Made by a program: the position numbers and the translations under genes. The notes beneath the pieces are model-generated. The model made no database searches. It saw only the letters and a list, made by a program, of their open reading frames with translations, and was not told where the DNA came from. Below are positions 37,471-48,437 of a DNA stretch of 64,000 nucleotides, one piece after another. How positions within the stretch are numbered: position 1 is the first letter of the stretch; each line of letters begins with the position of its first letter. Source of the stretch: Camelus ferus (Eukaryota); assembly GCF_009834535.1 (NCBI RefSeq), contig NC_045707.1:45758001-45822000 (forward strand), written 5' to 3'.

Positions 37471-40400
37471 TTATTGCTTCCCCAATAACAGCAAAGCAGA
37501 AATCTAATCATAGAATTATAAAAAGATTAGTAAGCTAAAAGGGTCCATAAAAACTGGTCCAACTAATTAACCTACTCACAGATAGCATAGTTCTATTTTC
37601 TCCAATTGACCTAAACGAAAATTTTACTGTCTCTTGACCATATTCTTTTGATTTGTATACTTCTTGTTTTGATGGTTTTCACTTGTTTCTCCAGGACTAC
37701 ACTACAAAATGGCCACTGAACTGGAGGGTGTGTCTTCATTATTACTAAGCATTTTCCTATCAGAAGCAACTCTGAAAAAATCTGAACATTCAATTTCTTC
37801 AGTGCCACTCAGTATTACTTCGTAACTGCAGAAGTAGTAATAGGGAGAGTGGGGCTTTAAAAATGCCATTAGAGAATATTACTTAATATTTTTGTTTACT
37901 TAGGTTTTTTTTTAAACCAGCAGCAGATAAGATATATATTCATAAATTTTCCTGGCTGTAGGCTTCTGATAATTCCCAACAGTAATTCATCCTATGCAAT
38001 TAATCTTCCATGAAATGTTATGAACAACAAAAAGTTTTTAAAGGATTAACTTTACATTTTTTCTATATGATAGGACAAATGTACTTAAGTACAACAGTAT
38101 CTAGTCCAAAACAAAACATATCCATTAAAAGAAAGATGAAGAGATGCAAAGGGAGAAGATTTACTCACACAGCTTATAGGCTCAACTGACTAAAAGTAAA
38201 GAGCAACAGGGACTTGGTTTTAACCAAGGAAAGAGAAGATAGTAATCTTGACTGAGCCCTCTCTAGTTCTGATGCTACCCTTACTCTTATTCAATATCTG
38301 GTTTATCAGCTGGCATATATTGGGCACTTACTGAATGCAGAACAGAAGCAAGGTGAGGAAGGAAAACTATCATTTTTCAAATGCTTTAGAAAAAAAATTA
38401 GAGCCAGGTTAAACACATTGGCAAAATGTTGGGTGTGAGAAGAACATGCAGTAAATAACATTAAAATGAGGTCTGGATATTGGCTATCCAAACTTATTTT
38501 CTTTTTTCCTTTGTCCCATATAATAATAATAAAATATGTGCAGACAGAATTTATGGTTCTGTTAGGAGATAAAGGGGAGACCTTTCTCTCAAAATGATTC
38601 ATTATTCCCTACAATCAGGGAGATTCTATAAGGAAATGTAAAACCAAAAGAACATGGCAAGATACATACTGAAGTAGAAAATCCACTTTAATAAAGGTGT
38701 TAGAGATGAGTAACAATTGTAGATCTGTCAGCAAAATCCTAACAGTAAGATATAGTTAGTCAGACTGTCAGTGAATAAATTACAATGTGGATTTAAAAAT
38801 AAAGGACATCCTCAAATATATTATTTCAAATAAGACTAATGGGCATTTTGATCTCCTGTAGTGGGAATAACAACAATAACTATATAAGCAATACCCTAAA
38901 AATCCAGAGGCAATGAAGTCAGCACACTAACAGCATACCCTTGTGGAGTACACTGAGCTTTGGGCCTTTTCTCCTAAATCCTTAAGGCATGATTTGCTTC
39001 TGGGAACTCAGAGTACACCTGGTACAGAACCAGGAAAACTAAAATTGAGCCTGGGCTTTTGATCTAAAAATAGACTGGAAATGAGCAGAATCTCTTCCTG
39101 TACTTCCTAATTAATGGAAGCCTCAAGGGGTCTACTCTCATTTACTCAACCAGCCTACCAGATTCAAGAAAAATTTAATACTAAAGGATGATCTGATACA
39201 ACTCCTTAATAATGGATGGGAAGCAAGCTTTAGAGAAATTAAGTGATTTATTCAAGAAATTATTGCTAATTAAGTGTCAATCTCTTGACTACTAGTCTAG
39301 TCTCCTTTCCCCAATGCTTTAAAAAAAGAAAGCCTTTCATTATATGAATAACTACATAAGATACTAAGATAACCGTTAAAAATAATTTAAGAACTGTGTA
39401 TCGTAGCTTGAGACAAGGGAACTTGCATTTTAATAAATACAATAAAAATATATAAAAGAGAGACCTACTTACTACCTTTTACAATGTTTATATATTTTTT
39501 AAAATGTTAAAATCTGTTTTGGAGCTCTGAGGATACATGATGAAGCCAAAATAACAGAAACATGATCCAGACAGAAAAATGCAAAGACCTGTTCCCCAAG
39601 AAAAATTTTATAACTCATGTTAAACAAATTTAGTCTTGCACATCTGGTGACAAACTAACCCTGGTCTTAATGGTTGATCTTTTATGTCAATAGGGTTCTA
39701 ATTTAACAACTCCATTAACAAATATTTTTTCCATTACAGATAGTGATAAAAGGATGAGTTTTGCTATGCTATGACTCAGAAGTAAATTAGATAATACAAT
39801 TGTAAAGCTTTATGTACTACAGGTAACTGAAAACAAATTTTAAGGAAAAATAAGATGATATAACAATACCTGAAATTTTATATGTATAATTATTCCAGAC
39901 AGCAAGTTCCATCATCAAAATAGCAAATATTATCAATGTATACATATACAGACAAAAACAATTTCCTTCCATTAGTCAAATCAATAATGCAAGTGGGAAA
40001 GAAACTACAAATGTTACTTACAAAAAATGCCTTACTGTTCCTTAGAAATACATATAATAACCTTTAAAAATATCAAGAAAGGAGAACCTCTCGAGCAAGA
40101 GAGGAATTTTGTAATGTTCTTTTAAATATGGGAGATTATGTGAGAGCCATCTCATGTTTATTTGACTGATTTAGTGCCAGGGATTGGGGGAAACTAAACC
40201 TGAACACACTGCCAACAAAGGGTTAACATTCAATAATTTACTGAGAAGGATGAAGGTAAGAAAGAAATCAAGACAAGAGGGGCTTTCCCAGTTCTGAACA
40301 GTTAGCTTCCCCAGTCATGAACAAAGGAAAAAAGGATGAATTTTAATAAACACCAAAAAGAAAATATAACTACCAAGGACAGAGAGTTCTTAGAGTAAAA

Positions 40401-40814
40401 GACTCCTTGAGGACAACACTGTCCTTATAAGAAAGTTACCCCAAAAATGGTTTAGACATACTAAAAATAATGCAAAGAGGTAGAAATATTCATCTGTCAA
40501 ATAAAAAGCACTTACTTTCAAGGCCTCTTCCCTCTAGGAGTAGGATTCAAGGTAGGATAAATGACCCAAAGTTTGTTCTTAATTTATAATGAAAAAATCC
40601 AACAGCTATGAATGAGCAATACTAGAACTTCAACACCTAAGGTGAGTAGAGCATTCTTACTCTCAAAAAATCTTAATGACAATATTGGTGTCTCTGTATT
40701 TCTTTTGCTTCATACCCACGTTATATATATGGTGTCCGTCATTTCCTAAACTTTGTCCTGTTGTCTCTCAGCCTAAGAGGTCTGTGTGAAGTTATGGTGT
40801 CCTTCCCACTTCAG

Positions 40815-40828
40815 CCTCTAGGGGGCAG
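40815..40828 (+). promoter_or_regulatory. Candidate CTCF site CCTCTAGGGGGCAG
   Basis: Close match to the CTCF core CCASYAGRKGGCRS; motif evidence only. Confidence 0.55.
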
Positions 40829-41396
40829 CCAGGCTCTAAAATAATGGAATTAACTGTGAAGATATATAGGGAATATAGTCCTGATAAAATGAAGGTGGTC
40901 AGAGTCTAGGGCAAGCACAGGGAATTGGGCCTGGGAACCTCACTCTTCTTTCTTTTTCTTAATTCTTCTACTACACCATTTTTCAGAGCACCCCTAGTCC
41001 TCCCAGACTAGGAGAACTCAAAGATGACCTCTGAAGGAGAACACAAAATACCAAAATTAGAAGAAAAGATAGTAAAATTTACTAGTAATCAAGGAAATGG
41101 GTATTAAGACATTTCAAATAGCAAGTTTTAAATAGGGAAAGGATATGATTAGAATACTTTCCAAAACTTTGCTTGATTTTAAATTTAAAATTTTAATTTT
41201 AATGCAGCATGACTCTCTAAGTTTTAAGACATAAATGATTCATTAAAATAACAGTATTAACCGAACATACCAAATATCTCAGTTAAATTTTCTTAGGATA
41301 AGAGAGCTTAAGTTCTATGATGGATATGGTAGGCTTGTTTGTTCAGCTTCTATACTACATTTCTTCCTAGTGTGCCTCTTGTATTAAAGAGGTGGA

Positions 41397-41495
41397 GGGG
41401 GTGGGAATATCTCAGTGGCAGAGTGAATGCTTAGCATGCATGAGGTCCTGGGTTCAATCCCCAGTACTTCCATTAAAAAAAAATTTTTTTTTTAA
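41397..41495 (+). mobile_element. tRNA-derived SINE (vic-1-like, short form)
   Basis: ctcagtggcagagtgaatgcttagcatgcatgaggtcctgggttcaatccccagtac plus A tail. Confidence 0.85.
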
Positions 41496-41749
41496 AAGAG
41501 AGAGATGGAAAAGCTAAAAGGAATATTTTCCAAATTATCTTACAGCTAGGGTTCTAGATATAAATGAGGGTTCCCCAATTTGGAAGGAAGCAGAAGTCCA
41601 CTTCCTGTTAATTTGGCTCCCCTCCCCACCCCCTGCTACTAAACAAAGCTGTGGAAGCAAAATGTTTCTAAAGCAGTATTCCAGTACGTATTCTCCAGCT
41701 TCCTGGAAATGCAGAGGCAGTTGTGGCAGAGACAATGGAGAGAGACAGA

Positions 41750-42150
41750 CTACATCTCAAAATTCATGAAATACAGTCAATGCAGTACTCACAGGGAAAT
41801 TTATAACCTTACAAATTATTTTTATTATTAAGTCTTTAACTAAAGAAGCTAGAGAAAAAGACAGCAAAGTAAACACAAAGTAGAAAAGAGAAAATAGATA
41901 AAAGTCAAAAATAAAACAAAAAAAATTAACACAAACAGATTCAATTAAGTTAATCAAACAAAACCAGTAACTGGCTCTTTGAAAAATCTATCTGATAGGT
42001 CAATACTGTGGCAAAGTTGTGCAACATACAAAGAAAGGACATGAATAAACAAAAGTAATAAGATCGAATTAGTGTTATAAATGAGACTAAAAATTAAGAA
42101 ACTACTAAGAACACTTAACACTAATAATTTTGAAAACATAGATAAAAATT
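41750..42150 (+). mobile_element. L1 ORF2 relic (post-endonuclease region)
   Basis: gcagtactcacagggaaatttata...aaaccagtaactggctctttgaaaaa; A-rich decayed L1 coding sequence. Confidence 0.65.
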
Positions 42151-42287
42151 TAGGGGAAAAAATTTAATAATAGCTAACATTTACTGAATGCTTACAACCT
42201 GTAGGCAACATCCATTCCTCCACCTTGGCAAACGTCTAGATAGTTTAAAGGCCAATTTAGCTATGCCCTCAAGGAATATATCATTCC

Positions 42288-43560
42288 TGAAAGGTAGCAC
42301 AATACGCCACCCAAAATATGCCACTTAGGCATATAGATTATTTTGAGCTGCGGGCACTTGAAAAAAGCAAATGAAGGAAAAAGCTTTCTCTGAATTCCCC
42401 GCCTATCTGTCTAAAGAGAGCTCCTCCAAAAGGAACTCAATTGTCATAAATCCCCTCCCTGGTAGTTTCATCAACCAAAGAAGACTGACTCTTATTACAG
42501 AAGAGGAGGCTAGAAGTCTACACATCCAGACAAATTTTGTCAAAAATTATCTTATCATCTGATCTTCTAAGGGCCCATTTATCTTTCCTAAATAAACATT
42601 TACTCTCCTCTACAAGGTCTACATTCACCAACCCCCACCCCTCCCACCAACTGAGATGGTATTTGAGCCTGAATTCTAAGCCACTTTGGAGAGTTAGAAT
42701 TTTCCCCTGGGTATTGACAAAGACTTGTTCCGTGACCAAACTTTAGTCAGGCTCCTGAAATTTCTCCTAAGCCTATCTGTGCATTTCCTTGCAAAATCTA
42801 GTTTTACTAAGAACCCTGCTATGTTAGATTAGTAAGAGAGTCCCCCGTCCTCCACATGATCTCTCAGTATTGGGTCCCTCATCTTCTACCATCCCCTGAG
42901 ATGAAATCATACCTCATAGGGTTAACAGAAACTGACAACTAACATTCTTGAGCTTGTCTTAGAGAACAACCGATAAGGGAACAGCTTGTTAAAACCTCTC
43001 TGCCTGTAAACTGATCAAGCTTGCTTTGCTTTAGTTTATTTTCCCCCCTCTCCTTAATTGTATACACTCCAAGCTTCATGTAGTCTAGGTAATATGTCAC
43101 AAGACTCCTTAACCACCCCACAGATAACACTTTTGATGTATGGGACACTGTAGTAATGGGGTAGGGGCTTAAGTTGGTTTTTAGGAACTTAGAATCAGCT
43201 CTTGTCCAGTTCTAGCTGGCTAAGACTGGTCGGGACCACCAATCCTAAAACTGGGCCTGCTCAAGTATTGGATGAAGGACCTTTTGATGTCAGATGGCCA
43301 ACCTCCCACCCCCACCCAGATCATGCTAAGGGCCTCCATTTTTGAATATGCATCCTATGAAGAAGCATGTAATCCAGATATGCCTGCACAGAACACTGAT
43401 TATCTCACCTTCTCCCTACCTCCAATTACCCTTCCCGGCACCTAAGAGCACCTTGCTCCTTTTTCCCATAAATATCCCACCTTCAAGAGGGTGGATTTGA
43501 AATTTGTTCTTCTCCCTTGGCTGCTTTGTGAATAAATATTTTTTCTGCTGCAAATCTCAG
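42288..43560. mobile_element. Cluster of ERV1-type solo LTR pieces (first is MER34-like)
   Basis: Starts tgaaagg...gccacccaaaatatgccacttaggcatatagattattttgagctg; later TATA-like cccataaata and AATAAA near 43530; internal boundaries not resolved. Confidence 0.65.
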
Positions 43561-43589
43561 CATCAATTACACAGGTAATGTCTGTTTTC

Positions 43590-43709
43590 TAGGGGGGAGA
43601 GAGGGAGGCCTATTTATTTACTTATTTTTAGAGGAGGTGCCGGGGATTGAACCCAGGATCTGATGCATGCTAAGCATGCACTTTACTACTTGAGCTATGC
43701 CTTCCCCCT
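43590..43709 (-). mobile_element. tRNA-derived SINE (vic-1-like)
   Basis: Reverse-complement copy: ggggattgaacccagg...gcatgctaagcatgcac...tgagctat. Confidence 0.82.
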
Positions 43710-43879
43710 GAATTTTGTTTTTTAATGTTAAACTTTTGTTTGTTTTCTTCTTGTCAATCTATCTTTTATTACAGGGGTGTCAACCAAGAACTGAGAAGGG
43801 TGCAGGGAAAATTTTTCCCTCCTCTGTATTCCCAGTTTGTAAAATCAGTCCTAGAGCGCAGAAAGTGGTGGGAAACTGC

Positions 43880-45460
43880 TCGACTCATTCAGATGGCAAG
43901 CAATAAAAATGCTCATGGTTTGGAAGATTCAGTAATGTAAGGATGACACGTCTCCCCAAATTAATTATAGATTCAAAGTAATCCCAATCAAATCTTGAAA
44001 GTTTCCTTCTTCTTAAGTGAAAATGACAGGCTTATTCTAAAATTCGCTTAGAAATACAAAGGGCTAAGAATAGCCAAAGCAATCTTGAAGGAAAATAATG
44101 GGTTTTATCCTATCAGATACTAAGATCTATTATAAAGTTATAGTAATTAAAGTAAGGTGGTGTTGCTACAAGGATGGTCAAATTGACCAATGGAAAAGAA
44201 AACATCCAGAAATGGAGCCACACATACAAGATATCCTGAACTATGACAAAGGCTACATTGTAGTTCAGGGAGGAAAGGATGGCCTGTTCAGAAAATACCA
44301 GGTTATGTAGACATCCATGTGGGAAAAAAAATATGATCTTACTTGATACCATACAAAAATCAGTTCTAGATCAATGGCAGATCTAAAAGCAAAAGGTAAA
44401 ATAAAGATTTTTGTGACCTTAGAATAGGCAAGTATTTCTTTAAAGGTGCTAACCATAAAAGAAAAAAGTTTACTTGGAGTGAATAAAGCTAATAGCTTCT
44501 GTTCATTGAAAGACACTAACAATTGAGAGGGTGCCACACATCTCCCAAGTCCAGATATTTGAGGTAGAGATACCCAACAAAGGACTTACAGCCGGTATAT
44601 GTAATGAACACCTTCAAATATGTAGTAAGAAATAACTTGAAATAAAAATATGCAAAAAACTTGAATAAAGTGGATATACAACTGGTCCTTTGACATATAA
44701 AAAGACTGTCTATTTCCTTATTAGGGAAATGCAAATTAGCCAAAAGGAGATACCAGGACACACCTACCAGAATGGTTTAAAAAAAAAAAAAGGCTGAAAT
44801 TAGCAAGTGTTGGTGAGGCAGTAGAGCAACTGGACCTCTCCTATACTGCTGGTGGAAGTATAAATTGGTAAAACTATGTTGGAATAATGTTTGGCAATAT
44901 CTACATAAGGTGAACATATACATTTCCTGTGACTCAGCAATTCCACTTCTAAGTATACAGCCAACAGGGATATGTTCAATAAGACACATATTCTGAAAAG
45001 TTCACAGTAGCACTATTCATAGTAGTCTCAAACTGGAACCGTTAGACCCAAAGACCATTAACAGTAGAATGGATTAAAAAAATGGTCATATATTCACATG
45101 GAATACTATAGAGAAATAAAAAATGCTCACATGACCATATGACTGAATATAACAAACAAAACCAGAGAGCAAAAAGTCAAACAAAAAAGAGCATATACAA
45201 ATAGAACTGCACAGTGTGTAAACTGTAAAAATAGACAAAATGAATCTAAGTTATAAGTATGAATAATGGTTATCTTTGGGGTGGGAAGAATTGACTGAAA
45301 CAGAGTAGGAGGAAGCTTCTGATGTGCTGGTGATGTTCAGTTTCTTAATGTGAGTACTGGTTACATGGGTGTATTCAACATGTGAAAACTGATGAATCTG
45401 CACATTTCTTACCAATCTTATGCTATGATAAAAGTTAATGTATATAACAAAAAGCAAATA
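43880..45460 (+). mobile_element. L1 (L1M) ORF2 3' end plus 3'UTR, degenerate
   Basis: ORF 44098 (YYKVIVIKVRWCCYKDGQIDQWKR) is the L1 ORF2 YYKA.V.KT.WYW...R..DQWNR motif; also tgctggtggaagtataaattggta and gactcagcaattccacttcta. Confidence 0.88.
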
Positions 45461-45778
45461 AATTAAATAACTGAAAAAAGTTTCCACAAGTATGATAAGT
45501 CGAAGTAACATGAAAAACTTAAGCAAACCAATTTTTAAGAAGCTAACGTCCAATAGGAAAATGGGCAAAAAGAAATGTTCAAGAAATTTAAAAGTCTCCA
45601 ATAAATACACAACATGTAAATTAGAACAGCAGAATGCTATTTTCCCTATCAAATTAGCAAAGATGAAAGGAAATGAATGAGGTTGTTGCTGAGGATTTGG
45701 TGAAAATAATACCCTTATTCCTCAGGGAAGCTTGAATTTGTATAACCTTTCTGCATAAGTCTTAAAAAACATTCATAT

Positions 45779-45905
45779 CTTTTTTAAAAAATTGGGGGGT
45801 AATTAGGTTTATTTACTTATTTATTTTAATGGAGGTACTGGGAATTGAACCCAGAACCTCATGGATATTAAGCACACACTGTATCACTGAGCTATATCCT
45901 CCCCT
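45779..45905 (-). mobile_element. tRNA-derived SINE (vic-1-like)
   Basis: Reverse-complement copy; flanks taaaaaacattcatatctttt / taaaaaagttcctatctttt resemble a decayed target-site duplication. Confidence 0.82.
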
Positions 45906-47756
45906 CTAAAAAAGTTCCTATCTTTTGACCCACTAGTTTCCCTTCAAGAAATTATTCTAAGGAAAAATCAGAGATGCAGTTAGATGCGTAAGATGAATTT
46001 AACAGATGCATAAGATGGACTTACGTCAGTGTTGACTACAATGGTATTTTGAAAAAATATAATTATCCAAGAATGAGATAATGGTTACATTATGATACAT
46101 ATACATGATTGACTATTATGTTATTAATAATGTTTTCAAAGAGTGATGAATAGGAAAAGACTCATGATAAATTTAATTGAAAAATACATACAAAATCCTA
46201 TGTGATTTGTGTGTTAAAAAATATCAAACATACATTTAAACACACATTTGAGAAGAAAAAAGTCTGTAAGAACACATACTATAATGTTAATAGTGGCCAT
46301 CTTTGGGTGGTAACATAATGAATGATTTTAATTTTGTGGACTGTTTTCTACAGTGAAATGTTCTTTGCGCATGTATTACTATTATATTCAGATATCTAAG
46401 GAAATAATAGGGCAAAAATATATCTTCCCAGTCCTCCTCCTCTAGCAATCTCAGCAACATAGATTTTTGTCTCTCCTTCAGCTTCCACATTCAATCTTGT
46501 AACTGTTTCCTCAATTTTACCTTAGGAGTATCCGTCCAGTTATTCAATTATTTCTTCTCTCATTTCCAAAACTCAGGCGCTTTTCTTTCCTGCTGAGCTC
46601 CTCAAACCCAAACTCACCGTTTTGGTAAAAGGGCTCTATCTTCCATTACTTCTCCATTCTAACCACATCAAACCACATTATATAGTGACACTCCACACTG
46701 AAATCCCTGAAAAAATCAACACTACATACTTTCACACCTCTCAAAGTTGGCATGCTCTGATCTCTTTCCCTGTAATGCATTCTCTCCCTTCCATATTTCT
46801 AAACAGATTCATAGTTCCAGATCCACCTCCAGTATCATTTACTGGGTGTAGCTTCTCCAAGGCCACAAGAACAGAGGGGGGTTTCCAGATCAATCCTCCA
46901 ATAACAGTATCTACATATTTCCATATTTATCATCCTGTGCTGTTTACTGCCTAGTTCTTTGATTGTATGGAATGGGCCGTTTCTTTTCTTAAAATTTTTA
47001 AAACCTAGCTGGATGAATGGACTTTAGTATACAATATGCCTTATAACAGGGGTGTGAGTTTTCACCTGAGTCTGATAGATAAATGGCAACAAAAACACTA
47101 GCCTGATTTTTTTTTTCATTCAAGATGGCAGAGAACGTCTTAAAATAGACCCACACAAAAGCACTCACACCCGGAGGCTCAAATCAGAAGAACTGGCTAT
47201 ACACCTAACGCAACAGCAAAGGACAAAAGAATTAGATGTTGAGATGCTTTGGCCCTAATTACCCATAGTAGGTCCGACACACAGATTTTAAACCTTTTCA
47301 GAAAACTGGCACCTGCTGCCTCCATTCTGAGAGCCACGCCTCGACCGTGAACGGTGACCTCGGGCACTTCTGGATACCGACCCCTCCCCAAATCGAGGGT
47401 GATTATAAGGGGAAGGCTAAGTTGTAACGGTTATTATCCAAAATGCATGACTGGGCCCCGCCCCAGCCAGACGAAGTTCCTCGCGGCGCATCCACCCCGG
47501 GGAAAGGAACCGGCAGGGCTCTCATCCACCAGCCAGGATGGGAATTCTGGGAGAGCCTGAGGCAGAGGCCGGGCGTGGCGAGGGCGCCTTGGGCTACACC
47601 TGTCAGCCTGTGCCCAAAGCTAGGCCCGGAAATCCCGGAGATTCGGTGACTGAGGCCAGCAGGCGCGTCACCCTATCCCTCGCGTTGGGATCGGCCCCTC
47701 GCCTTGCCTCCTAGCCTTCTCCCTCGTGTTTCTCAAACAAAGGCAATTCACACCCA

Positions 47757-47766
47757 CCGCCATTTT
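47757..47766 (-). promoter_or_regulatory. YY1 motif (AAAATGGCGG) just inside VEZT intron 1
   Basis: CCGCCATTTT on the + strand, 8 nt past the exon 1 boundary. Confidence 0.6.
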
Positions 47767-47774
47767 CCCCTTAC

Positions 47775-47810
47775 CTCAAAAACCACCTCTTCGTCAAAAT
47801 CCGGTGTCAT
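47775..47810 (-). CDS. VEZT: Vezatin coding exon 1 (MTPDFDEEVVFE)
   Basis: Minus strand reads ATG ACA CCG GAT TTT GAC GAA GAG GTG GTT TTT GAG|gtaagg; 36 nt, phase 0; matches the recalled vezatin N-terminus (human MTPEFDEEVVFE); lies in the CpG island. Confidence 0.96.
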
Positions 47811-47911
47811 CCTTCTCCGCCATGCCACCCGCCTCAGCACGATGGGAAATGAAGGCGGGAGAACAGGCGGTACCCAGGCGTTTGCTTTTGCCCGTCCCCT
47901 GTGCCCAGAAA

Positions 47912-47930
47912 ACTACAATTCCCAGAATGC
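47912..47930 (+). promoter_or_regulatory. ZNF143/THAP11-type motif ACTACAATTCCCAGAATGC
   Basis: Essentially consensus extended SBS motif, which is typical of bidirectional promoters. Confidence 0.88.
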
Positions 47931-47960
47931 CTTGCAGATCACGGTCCCTACCCCTTAGGC

Positions 47961-48037
47961 CCTCTCATTGGAGCTGATCGTGAGCTTGTGGGCGGGAGGT
48001 GAGGGAGCAGGATGAAGCTCGGGCCCTCTGATTGGAG
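47961..48037 (-). promoter_or_regulatory. Two CCAAT (NF-Y) boxes with an intervening GC box
   Basis: ATTGG at 47967-47971 and 48031-48035 within near-identical 13-mers (cctctcattggag / cctctgattggag); GGGCGGG at 47990-47996. Confidence 0.7.
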
Positions 48038-48099
48038 GAGGTTGGGGCTTTTGTCCGCCTTTTACGGCCGCGACTGACAGGGGGCGCCTGGAGCACTGA

Positions 48100-48123
48100 T
48101 TTTTTTTTTTTTTTTTTTTTTTT
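48100..48123. repeat. T24 homopolymer inside the CpG island
   Basis: Read directly from the sequence. Confidence 0.95.
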
Positions 48124-48421
48124 GCGCTCGAGAGGAGCGCGCGTTGGCGGAGCCGCGGTGAACACTGCTCGTGCCCGCGCCTGGCCGTCTGCCCGGAGCT
48201 ACGCTGGGCGGTGCTCGTGCCCGCCTGCCCGCCGCCTGCGGCTCGCGCCCGGGAGCGCCGCGGGTCCCAGGAGCCGGCCGCATCCTTTGTGCGGCTCTCG
48301 GTTTGCGCCGCGGCGCTGCTGGACGGAATGTGGGTTCTGCTGGGGCTTTTCTCTTCTGCCCAAGCTTTTGAAACGATGGAGTGAGTGGGGCGAGCGGGGA
48401 AGCGAGCTGCCTGAGGGAATC

Positions 48422-48437
48422 ATGACCTCTGCCGCGG
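48422..48437 (+). CDS. FGD6: FGD6 coding exon 1 (MTSAA + first base of Glu)
   Basis: ATG ACC TCT GCC GCG G|gtaagt; joins exon 2 as G|AA ATT AAG AAG = MTSAAEIKKPP, the recalled FGD6 N-terminus. Confidence 0.93.

Noticed and set aside
44098..44989. ORFs with L1 ORF2-like peptide pieces
   Set aside because: Fragmented, stop-riddled L1 relic; not an active element.
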